Shown in pieces: positions 38,217 through 51,822 of a DNA stretch of 53,924 nt. A program made the position numbers and the translations under genes. The DNA lies in assembly GCA_036679495.1 (NCBI GenBank), contig JAZDDE010000080.1:1-53924 (forward strand). Reading direction: 5' to 3'. The notes under the pieces were generated by a model. It searched no databases, was not told where the DNA came from, and saw nothing but the letters and a program-made list of their open reading frames with translations. Positions within the stretch are counted from its first letter, which is position 1. Every line of letters starts with the position of its first letter. The DNA is from Gemmatimonadota bacterium (lineage in GTDB: Bacteria; Gemmatimonadota; Gemmatimonadetes; Palauibacterales; Palauibacteraceae).

Positions 38217-39044
38217 ATGTATCCCAATCTGTTCAGACTGAACCTGCCGGTCATAGGCGAGCTGACGATCACATCGTTCGGCGCCATGATGGCTCTGGCG
38301 TTCATGGCCGGATATATGCTGATCCGCCACGATCTTAAGCGCAGAGGAGAGGATCCCGAATTCGGTGGTGACATACTCGTGGCTGCGCTCATCGGCGGGA
38401 TCCTGGGCGCCAAGATCTACTACGTCCTCCTGAACTGGGAGCTCACATCCCAGGACCCGTTCGGAATGCTGTTCTCACGCTCCGGCCTGGTGTGGTACGG
38501 CGGACTTATCGGCGCCGCCCTCAGCGTGATCTTCATGTCGAAGCTACGCAAGCAGCCGATCAGTCTCGTGGCGGATGTCTGCGCGCCGGCTCTCGCGCTC
38601 TCCTACGGGATCGGGCGCATCGGCTGTTTCCTGGTCGGCGACGATTATGGGAGGCCCACGGAGAGCTGGGTCGGGATCGCGTTTCCCAATGGTCTCCCGC
38701 CGACGACGGCGGGCAGCCTGCGGCGTAATTTCGGAGTCTCGATTCCTGATTCCGTCCCGGACTTTCAGGTTCTTGCTGTGCACCCGACCCAGCTGTATGA
38801 GACAGCACTGGCGTTCCTTATTCTGGCCGTGCTGTGGAAGCTCAGGATGCGCGACAAGGCCGCTGGGTGGCTGTTCGGGGTCTGGTTGGTGCTCGCGGGA
38901 GCGGAACGTTTCTTCGTCGAAATCTTCCGCGCCAAAGACGACCGGTTCCTGGGAGTGTTCACGCTGGCCCAATTCATCAGCATACTTCTGATCGGCCTCG
39001 GACTCTATTTCATGCAGCGTCTGGCGCGTCCGCGGGCTCGCTAG
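38217..39044 (+). CDS. lgt: Prolipoprotein diacylglyceryl transferase
   Basis: GLVWYGG, GRIGCF, HPTQLYE, RFFVEIFR. Confidence 0.95.
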   Translation: MYPNLFRLNLPVIGELTITSFGAMMALAFMAGYMLIRHDLKRRGEDPEFGGDILVAALIGGILGAKIYYVLLNWELTSQDPFGMLFSRSGLVWYGGLIGAALSVIFMSKLRKQPISLVADVCAPALALSYGIGRIGCFLVGDDYGRPTESWVGIAFPNGLPPTTAGSLRRNFGVSIPDSVPDFQVLAVHPTQLYETALAFLILAVLWKLRMRDKAAGWLFGVWLVLAGAERFFVEIFRAKDDRFLGVFTLAQFISILLIGLGLYFMQRLARPRAR

Positions 39045-39048
39045 CCGC

Positions 39049-39888
39049 ATGCCCGCAATACTCCACGCGTCGGACCTTCATTTTGGTCCACCTTTTCTGC
39101 CGGACAGGGCAGAGGGTCTTCTGGAGCTCGAAACGCGGTTGTCTCCGGATCTCGTTGTTCTTTCGGGAGACTTCACTCAGCGAGCGAAGCGGGTCCAGTT
39201 CGCGGACGCGGCGGCGTATGTGGATCGGCTCCAGGGGCCGACCGTAGTGACATCAGGCAACCACGACGTGCCTCTCTACCGGTTTTGGGAGAGAATGTTT
39301 GCGCCGCACCGAAACTACCGGAAATTCATCGAGTCCAGGCTTGACTACGTGCACGCTCAGCCTGGGCTGACTGTGGTGTCTCTCAATTCCAGCCGCGCCC
39401 TGACCTTCACTAACGGCCGTCTACGGGTTTCCCAGCTGAGGCTGGCTGAGCAGGCCTTCAGCCAGGCTCCTGAGTCCGACATGCGAGTTGTTGTGACACA
39501 CCATCCACTCACGCCGCCGCCGTTACCCGACCCGGAGGTGGCAGAAGGTTGGCGCCGGGCGCTCAGGGCCTTCAGCAGAATGGGCGTCGACGCGGTTCTC
39601 GCGGGCCACAAACACCGCGCCTACGAAGCTCAGTCGGCCGACTGGATACCCGGTGGGAATGAGGCAAACGTGCCCATCATTCACGCGGGAACCGCCACCA
39701 GCAACCGCGGCCGCGGGCTTGAGTTCGGGTGTAACAGCGTCAATTTCCTGCGTGCAGATGAAGACGGACTGCGACTCGCGCTGTACCTGTGGAAGCAGGC
39801 CGGGGGCGCGTTTGAGCTTCAATCAGACAGGCGCGTGGCCCACCGCGACTCATCTCTGCCCGAGCAGGGCGCGGCGCTCGTGTCTTGA
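39049..39888 (+). CDS. Calcineurin-like metallophosphoesterase (Icc/CpdA-like)
   Basis: DLHFG, GDFT, GNHD, HHP, GHKH. Confidence 0.92.
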   Translation: MPAILHASDLHFGPPFLPDRAEGLLELETRLSPDLVVLSGDFTQRAKRVQFADAAAYVDRLQGPTVVTSGNHDVPLYRFWERMFAPHRNYRKFIESRLDYVHAQPGLTVVSLNSSRALTFTNGRLRVSQLRLAEQAFSQAPESDMRVVVTHHPLTPPPLPDPEVAEGWRRALRAFSRMGVDAVLAGHKHRAYEAQSADWIPGGNEANVPIIHAGTATSNRGRGLEFGCNSVNFLRADEDGLRLALYLWKQAGGAFELQSDRRVAHRDSSLPEQGAALVS

Positions 39889-42050
39889 GTGGAACCAAGC
39901 GGCGGCGCGCCTGGATTGCCGGCCTGCTCCTGTGTGTGAGCTCGGTCCTGCCAGGCTCGCTTGCGGCTCAGGGAATCCGCGACCTGGAGGTTCAGGAGGT
40001 TCGGTTCGAGGGAAACACCACGTTTTCGTCGAGCCGGCTTCAAGTTGCCGTAATCACGGAGGCCACTACCTGCCGGACGTTTCTCTTCTATTTTCCGTTA
40101 CCCCTGTGTCCTCTCACGAATTGGGGTCTGGCCAAAGAGCGAAGCTATCTGGATGAGAGCGAGCTGGAGCTGGACGTACTCCGTCTGATTCTGTTCTATC
40201 GCCGGCGCGGCTTTCGTCAGGTCGAGGTGGACACGTTGCTGGAGCGGACACCGACGACGGCCAAGGTGGTGTTTCAGATTGCAGAGCACGCGCCGACGTT
40301 GGTGGCAGTGGTCACAGTGGAGGGCCTGGAGGGCCCGATTGACTCAACGCAGGTGGCGGCTGACCTGCCGATTGCCGTCGGCGGCCGGCTGGATATGATC
40401 GAACTGGCGCGCGCCGAGGCTCTCATCACGGACAGGCTGCGCGAAGCGGGCTACATCAACGCTACTGTTCTCCGGGAGTACTTCATCCCGAACGACGGCG
40501 GCGGAGCCGAGGTCACGCTCACGGCTGAGCCAGGCGCCCTCGCGCGGGTGGGAGAGGTAGAGATCTTCGGTTCTGGCCCTATCGGCGACGATGTCGTTCG
40601 TGCCAACCTCGAGTTCCAGCCGGGCGACACGTTTCGGCCGAGCCGCGTGATTCAAAGCCAGACCCGGCTCTATGGGCTGGAGGCATTCCAAGCGGCCAAC
40701 ATCAGCCGCGTATCTCGCACGGACTCGGATACTCTTGTAGACCTGCTCGTGCAGGTCACTCCGGCGCCCCTCCGGACGATCCATGTCGGAGTGGGGCTCA
40801 GCACGACAGAGTGCGGGCAGATAGAGTCATCGTTCACGCACCGTAACTTTCTGGGCGGCGCTCGTGTGCTGACGATCACCAGCAAACTGTCCAATCTCGG
40901 CGCCCGCAGCCTCGACGGCCGGTTTCCCTGTCAGGACGTGAGCGAGGCCGAGGTGTACCAGGATCTGAACTATGCGCTGCAGGCGGATTTCGCCCAGCCT
41001 GTGTTCGGCCGAAATACGTTTCGTGCGGGCCTGTTCTTTGAGAAGGAGTCTGTGCCGGACCTGTTCGTGAGAAACAGCGCTGGCGGCGAGATTTCTCTTA
41101 CGCGCACTCTGTCGCCCGGCATGCTGCTGTCCCTCCTGTACCGGGCGGAGCGGACTAGCTTCGCGGACCAGTCGGCAGACGTGTTTTTCTGCGTCAGCTT
41201 CGGCGTATGCCAGCCGAGCGATATCGCGCTTCTCTCGGAATCTCGTTGGCTGTCGCCTCTCGTCCTGCGCTGGAATTACGAAAGAACAGACAATCCCTTG
41301 TTCCCCACGTCGGGGCTGCGGCTATTCGCAGAGGCTGAGCGGGCGGGTGCGCTAACTGGTTCCGACTATCGTTACTTTCGGCTACTGACCAGCGGCGCGG
41401 CCTTCCAGCCGCTGGGGCACCGGCTGGTGCTTGCCGTGCATGCCCGGTGGGGCGCCGTATTCCCGACGACCAGTTCGATTTTTTCGCGTGCGGGGGCGCT
41501 CGTGGACGAGATCGTCCACCCCCAAAAGCGTTTCTTTGGTGGGGGACCCAACAGCGTCAGAGGATTCGGTCTCAACTTGCTGGGGCCGACGGTTCTAGTT
41601 GTCGATACCGAGCAAGACTGCCCCGGACTGACTCCCGATGTCTGCGCCGGTCAACTGGAGCCCGGTCAGTTGGACGAGCGTCCCGTCGGTGGGAACTCGG
41701 TTCTGGAGGGAAACATCGAATTGCGATGGCAGGTCAGCCGCAAATGGACGCTGGTAGGATTTCTGGACGCCGGACAGGTGTGGGAGGACCTGAGCAACGT
41801 CTCGGCCCCGATCGCTACGCCCGGACTTGGATTCCGATTCAGGAGTCCCGTTGGATCTCTTCGCCTGGATCTCGGTTACAATCCGACTGGTGTTACCCGC
41901 AAACCGGTTGTCGCTGTGCTGCCGGGAGGAGAAATCCTGGATCTAAATCAGCAACTCGACTTCGACCCGTTCACTTTCGACAATCCGAGCCTGGCCACGG
42001 AGGTGTTTCGTAGGCTCCAGCTGCAGGTTTCGATCGGAGAGGCGTTCTGA
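39885..42050 (+). CDS. tamA: Omp85 family protein, TamA-like (POTRA domains + barrel)
   Basis: Signal peptide; POTRA repeats (VRFEGN); RFFGGGPNSVRGF; LRLDLGY; C-terminal SIGEAF; directly upstream of tamB. Confidence 0.85.
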   Translation: MSGTKRRRAWIAGLLLCVSSVLPGSLAAQGIRDLEVQEVRFEGNTTFSSSRLQVAVITEATTCRTFLFYFPLPLCPLTNWGLAKERSYLDESELELDVLRLILFYRRRGFRQVEVDTLLERTPTTAKVVFQIAEHAPTLVAVVTVEGLEGPIDSTQVAADLPIAVGGRLDMIELARAEALITDRLREAGYINATVLREYFIPNDGGGAEVTLTAEPGALARVGEVEIFGSGPIGDDVVRANLEFQPGDTFRPSRVIQSQTRLYGLEAFQAANISRVSRTDSDTLVDLLVQVTPAPLRTIHVGVGLSTTECGQIESSFTHRNFLGGARVLTITSKLSNLGARSLDGRFPCQDVSEAEVYQDLNYALQADFAQPVFGRNTFRAGLFFEKESVPDLFVRNSAGGEISLTRTLSPGMLLSLLYRAERTSFADQSADVFFCVSFGVCQPSDIALLSESRWLSPLVLRWNYERTDNPLFPTSGLRLFAEAERAGALTGSDYRYFRLLTSGAAFQPLGHRLVLAVHARWGAVFPTTSSIFSRAGALVDEIVHPQKRFFGGGPNSVRGFGLNLLGPTVLVVDTEQDCPGLTPDVCAGQLEPGQLDERPVGGNSVLEGNIELRWQVSRKWTLVGFLDAGQVWEDLSNVSAPIATPGLGFRFRSPVGSLRLDLGYNPTGVTRKPVVAVLPGGEILDLNQQLDFDPFTFDNPSLATEVFRRLQLQVSIGEAF

Positions 42051-42068
42051 CATGAGCGGCCGGCAGAC

Positions 42069-45000
42069 ATGAGCGTTCGTTGGGGCCGGGAATGGGTAGT
42101 CGAATGGATCGGCCGCATCCTCCATGTCTTCGGCCGGATCTCGTTTACAGCGATCGGAATCGCTCTACTGGTCGCTGCGGTCCTGATCGCGGCTCTGAGC
42201 CAGACAGTGGTAGGCCGGCGGATGGCCGCCGATTACGCCGAACGGGCGTTGTCGGAAATCATCGACGGCGAGGTGAGGATCGGTCCCATCATCGGCGGCA
42301 ATCTGGTCAGTCGTGTGCACCTGGCCCACCTGTCGATCATGACGCACGAAGGTGTCCGCTTCGTAGACGCGGATAGCGTCCGCCTGCAGTTCAACCCGCT
42401 CTCCTTCTTCCTGCAGTCGTTCCGGATCCGAAACATGGAAGCACAGCGCCTGCATGTGAACCTCGAGCAGGACGCGAATGGGAGCTGGAACTTCGACCGT
42501 CTGTTCAACGGAGACGACTCGCCGGAAGGTGCTGATAGCTCGGAGTCAGCGCCTGGTTCTACCCGGGTGTTGCTGTCTGATCTCAGGGTCATCAACGGGA
42601 GAATCCGGGTTCGCACGCCATGGGACGATCCCGTGACGCGTCGGCGCCGAACGGGGTCTGAGGAAACCATATGGCGCGTGCTGCAGACAGGTCCGAGGCG
42701 CTGGGAGCGGGTGATAGAGTTGGATTCCCTGGCCGGGAGTTTTCCCCTCGTCCGTTTGGTGGATCCGGTTCGCCCCATGCGGTACGAGCTTTCTCGGGTC
42801 AGCGCGATCGCACGCGCCGTGACGCAGGATCTGACCGTTCGCCGCTTCGACGGAAATGTCACGTTTCGGGACCGGGTGGACATCGAAATCGAGCGACTCG
42901 AGTTCGAGCAGAGCCAGCTGTCAGGGATGGGATACGTGGTGCCGGCCAGTCCGATACAGTTTCGGTTCGATTTGGAGGCCCGCCCGTTCGCGTTCGCGGA
43001 GCTTGCGTGGCTGCCAGTCCCGAAGCCCGATCGCGGTGATGGCACGGCTGATATCGGCCTGTTCACGAGGGGGCGGACCGTCATAGTCGACCTGCGGGAT
43101 GGGGATACGCGCGTAGACGATTCCCGGGTCACCGGCGGTTTTCGGCTCGCCCTCACGAAGCCCGCGCAATTCGAGTCGATGAACCTGAATCTTGAACCAC
43201 TCCGGATCTCGCTCCTAGACGAGATCCTGGCTCGGGATCCCCAGATCGACGGCTATATTCGGGGTCCCGTTGGCGGCAGCGGACCCCTCGACCTCCTTCA
43301 GTTGGACGCGGAACTGCAGCTGTCTGACCTGGACGGCGATACGCCGGAATCGGGAGCGGTGGTACGCGGTGGAATCAGCATCGGCGAACCGCGTCGGTTG
43401 GAGGGCCTGCAGGTCGACTTCCAAGACTTCGAGCCGCGCTGGACAGGCATCATTGGGCTGCCCACCACCTTGGGCGGGAGGTTGGAAGGTCGGGCAGAAT
43501 TCGACGGATTCGTGGGCCGTGATATCACCTTTACGAGCGATGTCGAATACCGGACCGCACAGACCAGTGCATCCCACCTGACCGGCGGTGGGTCGATGGG
43601 GTTGGGTGAGGTTCTGACGATGGACGTGCAGTTTGAGGCCGACCCCCTGTCTCTGACCGTTGTGGACCCTCACATCCCCGGGCTCGACCTGGTCGGCGAC
43701 GTGCGCGGCCCGATCTCGGCCCGTGGATCACTTTCCGATCTACAGATTGTCGCAGATCTGCGCACTCCGCGCGGGCTGCTCAGATTAGATGGGCGTTTCG
43801 ACCTCAGCTCCGAGGAGAAGGCCTACGACGCGACCCTTCTGGCCTCGGACATTCAGCTGCAACAATGGGCCACAGGGCTTCCCTCAACGCAGCTCGCGTT
43901 GCGGGGTAGGGTGGAGGGAGTCGGCACGGATCCCCGCACCCTGCGGGCGGGCTTCGACCTGGAGATTCTCCCCTCCCTGTTCGAGGGCGCGCGCGTGGAT
44001 TCCAGCCTGCTTCGTTTTTCCATGGAAGCCGGAATGGCCCGGGTCGACACGTTTGCAATCCGCACAGACGTCGGCAGCGTGGACGGATTCGGCGTCTTCG
44101 GCCTGGCGGAGGACCGCAGCGGATCGCTGATCCTCGACCTGGCCGCTCCCGACATCAGCACCTGGAACCGCTGGGTCGTCCCGGGCAGGCAGCAGCCTGG
44201 CATAGACGCCGACGTCGATGATCTATTCGCGGAATTCGAGGTCGGACCGCAGAACCTGACGGACAGATCTGCCGAAACGGTTCGCGACACACTGGCGGGT
44301 TCGCTCGCGGCTCGCGGCGTTCTGTTCGGTAATATCCACGACTACTCGTTCGGAGGTCGGCTGATCGGGCTGGATACCAGTTTCGGCGCCGTACGGGCCG
44401 ATTCCCTGCAGATGACCGTGGACATCGCGGATCCAACCGTCCTGGACACCCTCGTAGTACGCACGAACGCGTGGGGCGCGAGGGCGGCGCGAGTATCTGC
44501 CGATTCCTTGTTTGTGCGGTGGCAGCGGATCGGGCCAGCGGACAGCGACCTGGAGTTCTACTCCCGTAGAGACTCGACCGTAGAGCTGGATGGGCATATG
44601 CGCCTGCGCTGGACGGAGGCTCTCCGCCGAATAGATGCGGACAGGCTGAGCCTACGGGTCGGATCCGAGCGGCTTCGGCTCGCCTCTCCCACCCGGCTGC
44701 AACTGGGTGACGCCGGGCTGGCGGTTCGCGATCTCCGTCTGATTGCCAGTTCCGGGGGAGTGATCGCGGCTCACGGCACGCTGCCGGACTCCGGGTCGGC
44801 CAACTTCGCCCTCTCCGTCCGGGATGTCCGGCTTCAGGACTTGTTTTCGATGGCCGATAGCCTGCCGGCCATTGAGGGTACGGTGCGGGCCGATCTACAG
44901 ATGGCCGGGACCATCGGATCACCTCAGTGGGATCTCCGGTTCGATGTCCAGAACCCTAGCCTCGCCGGACTCTCCTATCCCCTCGTGGACGGCCGCCTTC

Positions 45001-46580
45001 AATATCGGGATCGAGTGATCACCCTCGGCATGAGTGTGCGAGATGAGGAGCGGCTGCTGGGCCGGGCCGATGGCACGGTCCGGGCAGACCTGGCCTTCGA
45101 AAGGAGGGAAAGGCGTCTCCTCGATGATCCGGTCAACGTGAAGGTCATCGCCGATAGCCTGCCCATGAACCCGATCGAGCTGGCCTTCGGGACGCTCCAG
45201 GACGTGGAAGGCTACGTGCGCGGTGAGGTCATCATAGGGGGTCGTCCAGGCGCCTTCGACTACCGCGGATCGCTCACGTTCGAGGACGTCGAATCCACAC
45301 TGCCGGCCCTCGGCATCCGGCTGCTCGATATCCGCGGCGACGTCGCTTTTGAGGGGTCTGATGCCGTACCGGACACAGTTCGCTTCACCTCGTCGGCCGG
45401 AGGTAGCGGTTTCGTAACGGGAAGGATTGGTCTGTCCACGCTTACGAATCCGGAGTTTGATCTAGACATCGGTTTGGATGCGTTTCGAGGTATGGAGCGC
45501 CGTCAGCTGACGATGACTATGACAGGCGCTGGCAATTTGGCCGGCACATACCAACAGCCGATCCTGACCGGCGCGTTTCGCGTCTCGGATGGGGAACTCA
45601 GGGGCGATTACTTCCTTCGCCATCGGCGGGTGGTGGATCTGACCGACCCCGACCTGCTCGCGCTCATCGACACCACGACGGTTGGAGAGCTCGACCTTCT
45701 GCGCCGAGCTCAAAATCCCTTCCTTCAAGAAATCCTGGTGAACGTGCAGCTCACGGTTGGGCCGAGCTACAGGGTACGATCCCGGGAATACGAGGTCGAG
45801 CTGGTCGGCGATGTGGACCTCCAGATGCAGCGTTCAAGAGATCTGCTCATAGCCAGCGGGGTCCTGCAGCTCACGCGCGGAAAGTATCAGTACTTCGCCG
45901 GCCGGGGGGAGGATCTGACGAGCGTGTACTCGCGTCAGCTTCAGATTAGCGGCGGTACCGTGACGTTCGTGAGAACGCCGGGCCTGGATCCGAATCTAGC
46001 CATCCGGGCGGAGTACCCGACACGCTCGGATGTGGGTCCGCTGACTATACTACTGGACATCGGTGGTACGTCCCGGAATCCGGAGCTTCACCTGTCGAGC
46101 ACTCCTCAGGTACCCGAGTCCGACTTGCTGTGCCTGCTTTTATTCTCGGCGTCCTGTGCGGGCGCTGGCACGGAGGGTGGACAGTTCGCGGAGAACATCG
46201 TCCGGGAAGGCATCCTGGGAACGGTTGGAACGCAGTTTTCGCAGGTGCTGGTTGGTGACATCGGCCTGGTGGACTACGCGGACTTTCGCTCTACGGGGCT
46301 CGGGTTGGGTTCCAGCAGCGGCTCCGGTAGCACCCTGCTTGTTGGCACGGAGGTGGAAGTCGGACGCTACGTGGGCAGGGATCTGTTTGTGCGCGTTCGC
46401 CAACCCCTCGGCGGCGGCCAGCTTCCGAGTGCGGCGCTCGAATGGAGGTTCCGCGAGGGGTGGCTCCTGGAGGCCAACGCAGAGGATCGGTTCCAGCGGC
46501 TATCCATCCTTTCGTCACTGTCGAATGTGGACACAAAACGCAGCTACGGACTCTTTCTCAAGCGCGAGTGGAGCTTCTAG
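42069..46580 (+). CDS. tamB: Translocation and assembly module TamB (AsmA-like)
   Basis: 1503 aa; N-terminal TM; beta-taco repeats; TamB-type C-terminus (DPNLAIRAEY, EVGRYVGRDLFV, KREWSF). Confidence 0.88.
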   Translation: MSVRWGREWVVEWIGRILHVFGRISFTAIGIALLVAAVLIAALSQTVVGRRMAADYAERALSEIIDGEVRIGPIIGGNLVSRVHLAHLSIMTHEGVRFVDADSVRLQFNPLSFFLQSFRIRNMEAQRLHVNLEQDANGSWNFDRLFNGDDSPEGADSSESAPGSTRVLLSDLRVINGRIRVRTPWDDPVTRRRRTGSEETIWRVLQTGPRRWERVIELDSLAGSFPLVRLVDPVRPMRYELSRVSAIARAVTQDLTVRRFDGNVTFRDRVDIEIERLEFEQSQLSGMGYVVPASPIQFRFDLEARPFAFAELAWLPVPKPDRGDGTADIGLFTRGRTVIVDLRDGDTRVDDSRVTGGFRLALTKPAQFESMNLNLEPLRISLLDEILARDPQIDGYIRGPVGGSGPLDLLQLDAELQLSDLDGDTPESGAVVRGGISIGEPRRLEGLQVDFQDFEPRWTGIIGLPTTLGGRLEGRAEFDGFVGRDITFTSDVEYRTAQTSASHLTGGGSMGLGEVLTMDVQFEADPLSLTVVDPHIPGLDLVGDVRGPISARGSLSDLQIVADLRTPRGLLRLDGRFDLSSEEKAYDATLLASDIQLQQWATGLPSTQLALRGRVEGVGTDPRTLRAGFDLEILPSLFEGARVDSSLLRFSMEAGMARVDTFAIRTDVGSVDGFGVFGLAEDRSGSLILDLAAPDISTWNRWVVPGRQQPGIDADVDDLFAEFEVGPQNLTDRSAETVRDTLAGSLAARGVLFGNIHDYSFGGRLIGLDTSFGAVRADSLQMTVDIADPTVLDTLVVRTNAWGARAARVSADSLFVRWQRIGPADSDLEFYSRRDSTVELDGHMRLRWTEALRRIDADRLSLRVGSERLRLASPTRLQLGDAGLAVRDLRLIASSGGVIAAHGTLPDSGSANFALSVRDVRLQDLFSMADSLPAIEGTVRADLQMAGTIGSPQWDLRFDVQNPSLAGLSYPLVDGRLQYRDRVITLGMSVRDEERLLGRADGTVRADLAFERRERRLLDDPVNVKVIADSLPMNPIELAFGTLQDVEGYVRGEVIIGGRPGAFDYRGSLTFEDVESTLPALGIRLLDIRGDVAFEGSDAVPDTVRFTSSAGGSGFVTGRIGLSTLTNPEFDLDIGLDAFRGMERRQLTMTMTGAGNLAGTYQQPILTGAFRVSDGELRGDYFLRHRRVVDLTDPDLLALIDTTTVGELDLLRRAQNPFLQEILVNVQLTVGPSYRVRSREYEVELVGDVDLQMQRSRDLLIASGVLQLTRGKYQYFAGRGEDLTSVYSRQLQISGGTVTFVRTPGLDPNLAIRAEYPTRSDVGPLTILLDIGGTSRNPELHLSSTPQVPESDLLCLLLFSASCAGAGTEGGQFAENIVREGILGTVGTQFSQVLVGDIGLVDYADFRSTGLGLGSSSGSGSTLLVGTEVEVGRYVGRDLFVRVRQPLGGGQLPSAALEWRFREGWLLEANAEDRFQRLSILSSLSNVDTKRSYGLFLKREWSF

Positions 46581-46654
46581 CGCTTTAGAGACGCGTTCGC
46601 CTAGTCCGAAAGGTAGGTGCCTGCGTAGATTACGGGTTCCACTACACAGGGAGA

Positions 46655-47617
46655 GTGCTTCGGGTGCCTGACTTTCCGATCCCCAACTCGCGTCGGATCC
46701 TGGTCCTTATCAATCCGCGGGCCAGTGGCGGCCAGCCAGCGGTGCTGCGGCGGCGCATCGCCGGTGCATTCGCGGCCCACGGCGTGGCCTTCGATCTGTT
46801 TGAGTCGACGAGTGCGGTAGAGGCTGTGAATGTCATTCACAGCGCTGTGGCCGCCGGATACAAGACGATTGCCGCCGCCGGGGGCGACGGTACGATCGCC
46901 CTGGCTCTTCGCGGCACGGCGGGAACGGATGTGCCGGTAGCGATTCTGCCCTTCGGCACCGGCAACCAGCTCGCGCTCAATTTCGGAATACCTGTATCGC
47001 TCGAGGGCAGCGTGGAGGTGGCCGTCACCGGCGTGTCGGAGCAGATCGATCTTGGCCGGATTGGAGGCGAATATTTCGCGCTGATCGCAGGTACGGGGCT
47101 GGATGCGGACGTGATGGCGGGCGCCACGTCCGAGCTCAAGAGCCGCATCGGGTTCTTGGCCTACCTGTACAGCGGTCTCAAGAACGTCATTACGCCCCGC
47201 AGCGCCGACTACCGGATCGTGGCGGACGGGCAGGAGATCGAAGTTCGTGCCACGATGGTGCTGCTGGCCAACGTCGGCTTGCTCGGCGCGGGCTCGCTGC
47301 CGGTCGAATTCAAAGTAGCGCCCATGACCTCCGTTCAGGACGGCCTCCTGGATGTGTGCGTGTTCGCCCCGCGCCACATTCCGGACATGGCCGGCATGCT
47401 TTGGCGCGTAGCACGGCAAAAATACTCGGGGGATGACCGGATGATCTTCCTGCAGGCCAAGAAGGTCCGGGTGGAATCCGATCCTCCTGTGGCCGCACAG
47501 ATCGATGGCGAGCCCCGCGGGGAGACCCCGGTCGAAGCGGAAGTCGTGCCGCTTGCCGCTCGCATCCTCGTGCCGAGCTGGAGGAGTAGCGCCCCCCATG
47601 AGGCTACGAGCACATGA
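46655..47617 (+). CDS. Diacylglycerol kinase-like lipid kinase (YegS/BmrU family)
   Basis: INPRASG, AAGGDGT, LPFGTGNQLA, QIDGE. Confidence 0.92.
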   Translation: MLRVPDFPIPNSRRILVLINPRASGGQPAVLRRRIAGAFAAHGVAFDLFESTSAVEAVNVIHSAVAAGYKTIAAAGGDGTIALALRGTAGTDVPVAILPFGTGNQLALNFGIPVSLEGSVEVAVTGVSEQIDLGRIGGEYFALIAGTGLDADVMAGATSELKSRIGFLAYLYSGLKNVITPRSADYRIVADGQEIEVRATMVLLANVGLLGAGSLPVEFKVAPMTSVQDGLLDVCVFAPRHIPDMAGMLWRVARQKYSGDDRMIFLQAKKVRVESDPPVAAQIDGEPRGETPVEAEVVPLAARILVPSWRSSAPHEATST

Positions 47618-48823
47618 AGCCGCTCAACGGCCAACGCGCGCTTCTCGAGGACATAGCGGGCCAGGTCGGCACCCCGACCTATGTGTACGATGCCACCCAG
47701 CTGCGGGTCGACTCGGATCGCTGGGTCCAGGCTGCAGGTGAGGGCGCCGTGTTCTACAGCGTGAAGGCCAACGGAAATCTGGCGGTCTTGTCACGGTTGG
47801 CCTCGTGGGGCTTGGGCGCCGAGGTCGGAACAGAGGGGGAACTCGGCCGAGCCCTCGAAGCCGGGATCCCGCCCGCCCGTGTCGTGTTTGGCGGCGTCCC
47901 GAAGAGCGATGCTGCTATTCGGTACGCGCTGGAGGCCGGGCTGGACCTCGTCGTGCTCCAGGCCGACAGGGAAGTGGACGTCGCGCTGAGTCATGCGAAC
48001 CCTGAGCGGCTCGCCGACATAGGCCTTCGGGTCAGGCCCGGCATCATTGCCGGTGCTCATCCGTCGCTGGAGACGGGCCGGAAGGACGCCAAGTTCGGCC
48101 TCTCGCCCGAGGATGTGCCGGGCGCGTGGGCCCGCCTCGCGGCCAGCCCCGGGCTATCACCAACGACCCTGGCGGTCCATCTGGGCTCTGGTCTGGACAG
48201 TCTGGAACCGTATTCCAGGGCCCTGGACACGCTGCTCCATCTGTGTGACGGGCTCGCCGATTCGGGCCAGCCGGTGGAGGGGCTGGATCTAGGCGGAGGC
48301 ATCGGGATCGACTACTCCAACGGTTCGGGTCCCGATCCCTCTGCACTCGCAGCATTTGTCAGCGAGCGGGTGGCCGGGAAGAACCTGCGCGTTCGGTATG
48401 AGCCGGGCCGTTCAGTGGCCGCCCGAGCTGGCGTTCTCCTGATGCGAGTTCTGTACGAGCAACGAAACGGGGGCCGTCCCGCCTTGGTCTGTGATGCCGG
48501 GTTCACCGACTTCTCGCGCTTCATGCTGTATGGGGCTGAGCACCGGATCGAGCCGCTGACGGGACCGGTGGACGGCCCCCCTGACGTCGACGTACTCGGC
48601 CCTACCTGCGAAACGGGCGATGTTCTCGGGACTTCGAGGGCTCTGCACGGAATCGGTGCCGGAGATCTGCTGCTTCTCCGCGATGTCGGGGCCTATGGGT
48701 TTACGATGGCCTCCAATTACAACAGCCGTCCACGCCCGGCTGAGGTGCTAATCGAAGACGATTCCTGGAGCGTGATCCGACCCCGCGAGAGCCTGGTGGA
48801 TTTGTGGCGCGGAGAAGCCGCTC

Positions 48824-48831
<8 letters not shown>
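47614..48831 (+). CDS. lysA: Diaminopimelate decarboxylase
   Basis: FYSVKAN, HLGS, LDLGGG, EPGRS, CETGD, GAYG, SNYNSRPR. Confidence 0.93.
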
Positions 48832-51694
<2,863 letters not shown>

Positions 51695-51761
51695 CATTGA
51701 TCGGTCGTGTCGCTGCGGTTAGTGTAGGATCCGGTTTTGGCTGGCGATCGGACAGGTGCAC

Positions 51762-51787
51762 GAAACCTGGGTCGCCCGCTTCCCGTA
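51762..51787 (+). promoter_or_regulatory. Putative ECF-type promoter GAAAC-N17-CGTA upstream of the psp module
   Basis: Close to the Bacillus SigW/SigM-type consensus; 35 nt before the ATG in the intergenic gap after uvrA. Confidence 0.5.
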
Positions 51788-51822
51788 TTCGAACATGCAG
51801 CACGGAATTGGAATCAAGATAG

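Noticed and set aside
39885-46580. TamAB as a dedicated assembly factor for the usher-like protein
   Set aside because: The precedent (TAM assists FimD) exists, but the genes are 32 kb apart within a housekeeping block and nothing in the sequence links them.
46595-46625. Small GAAA-tetraloop hairpin between tamB and the lipid kinase gene
   Set aside because: Too short and no match to any RNA family I can recognise.
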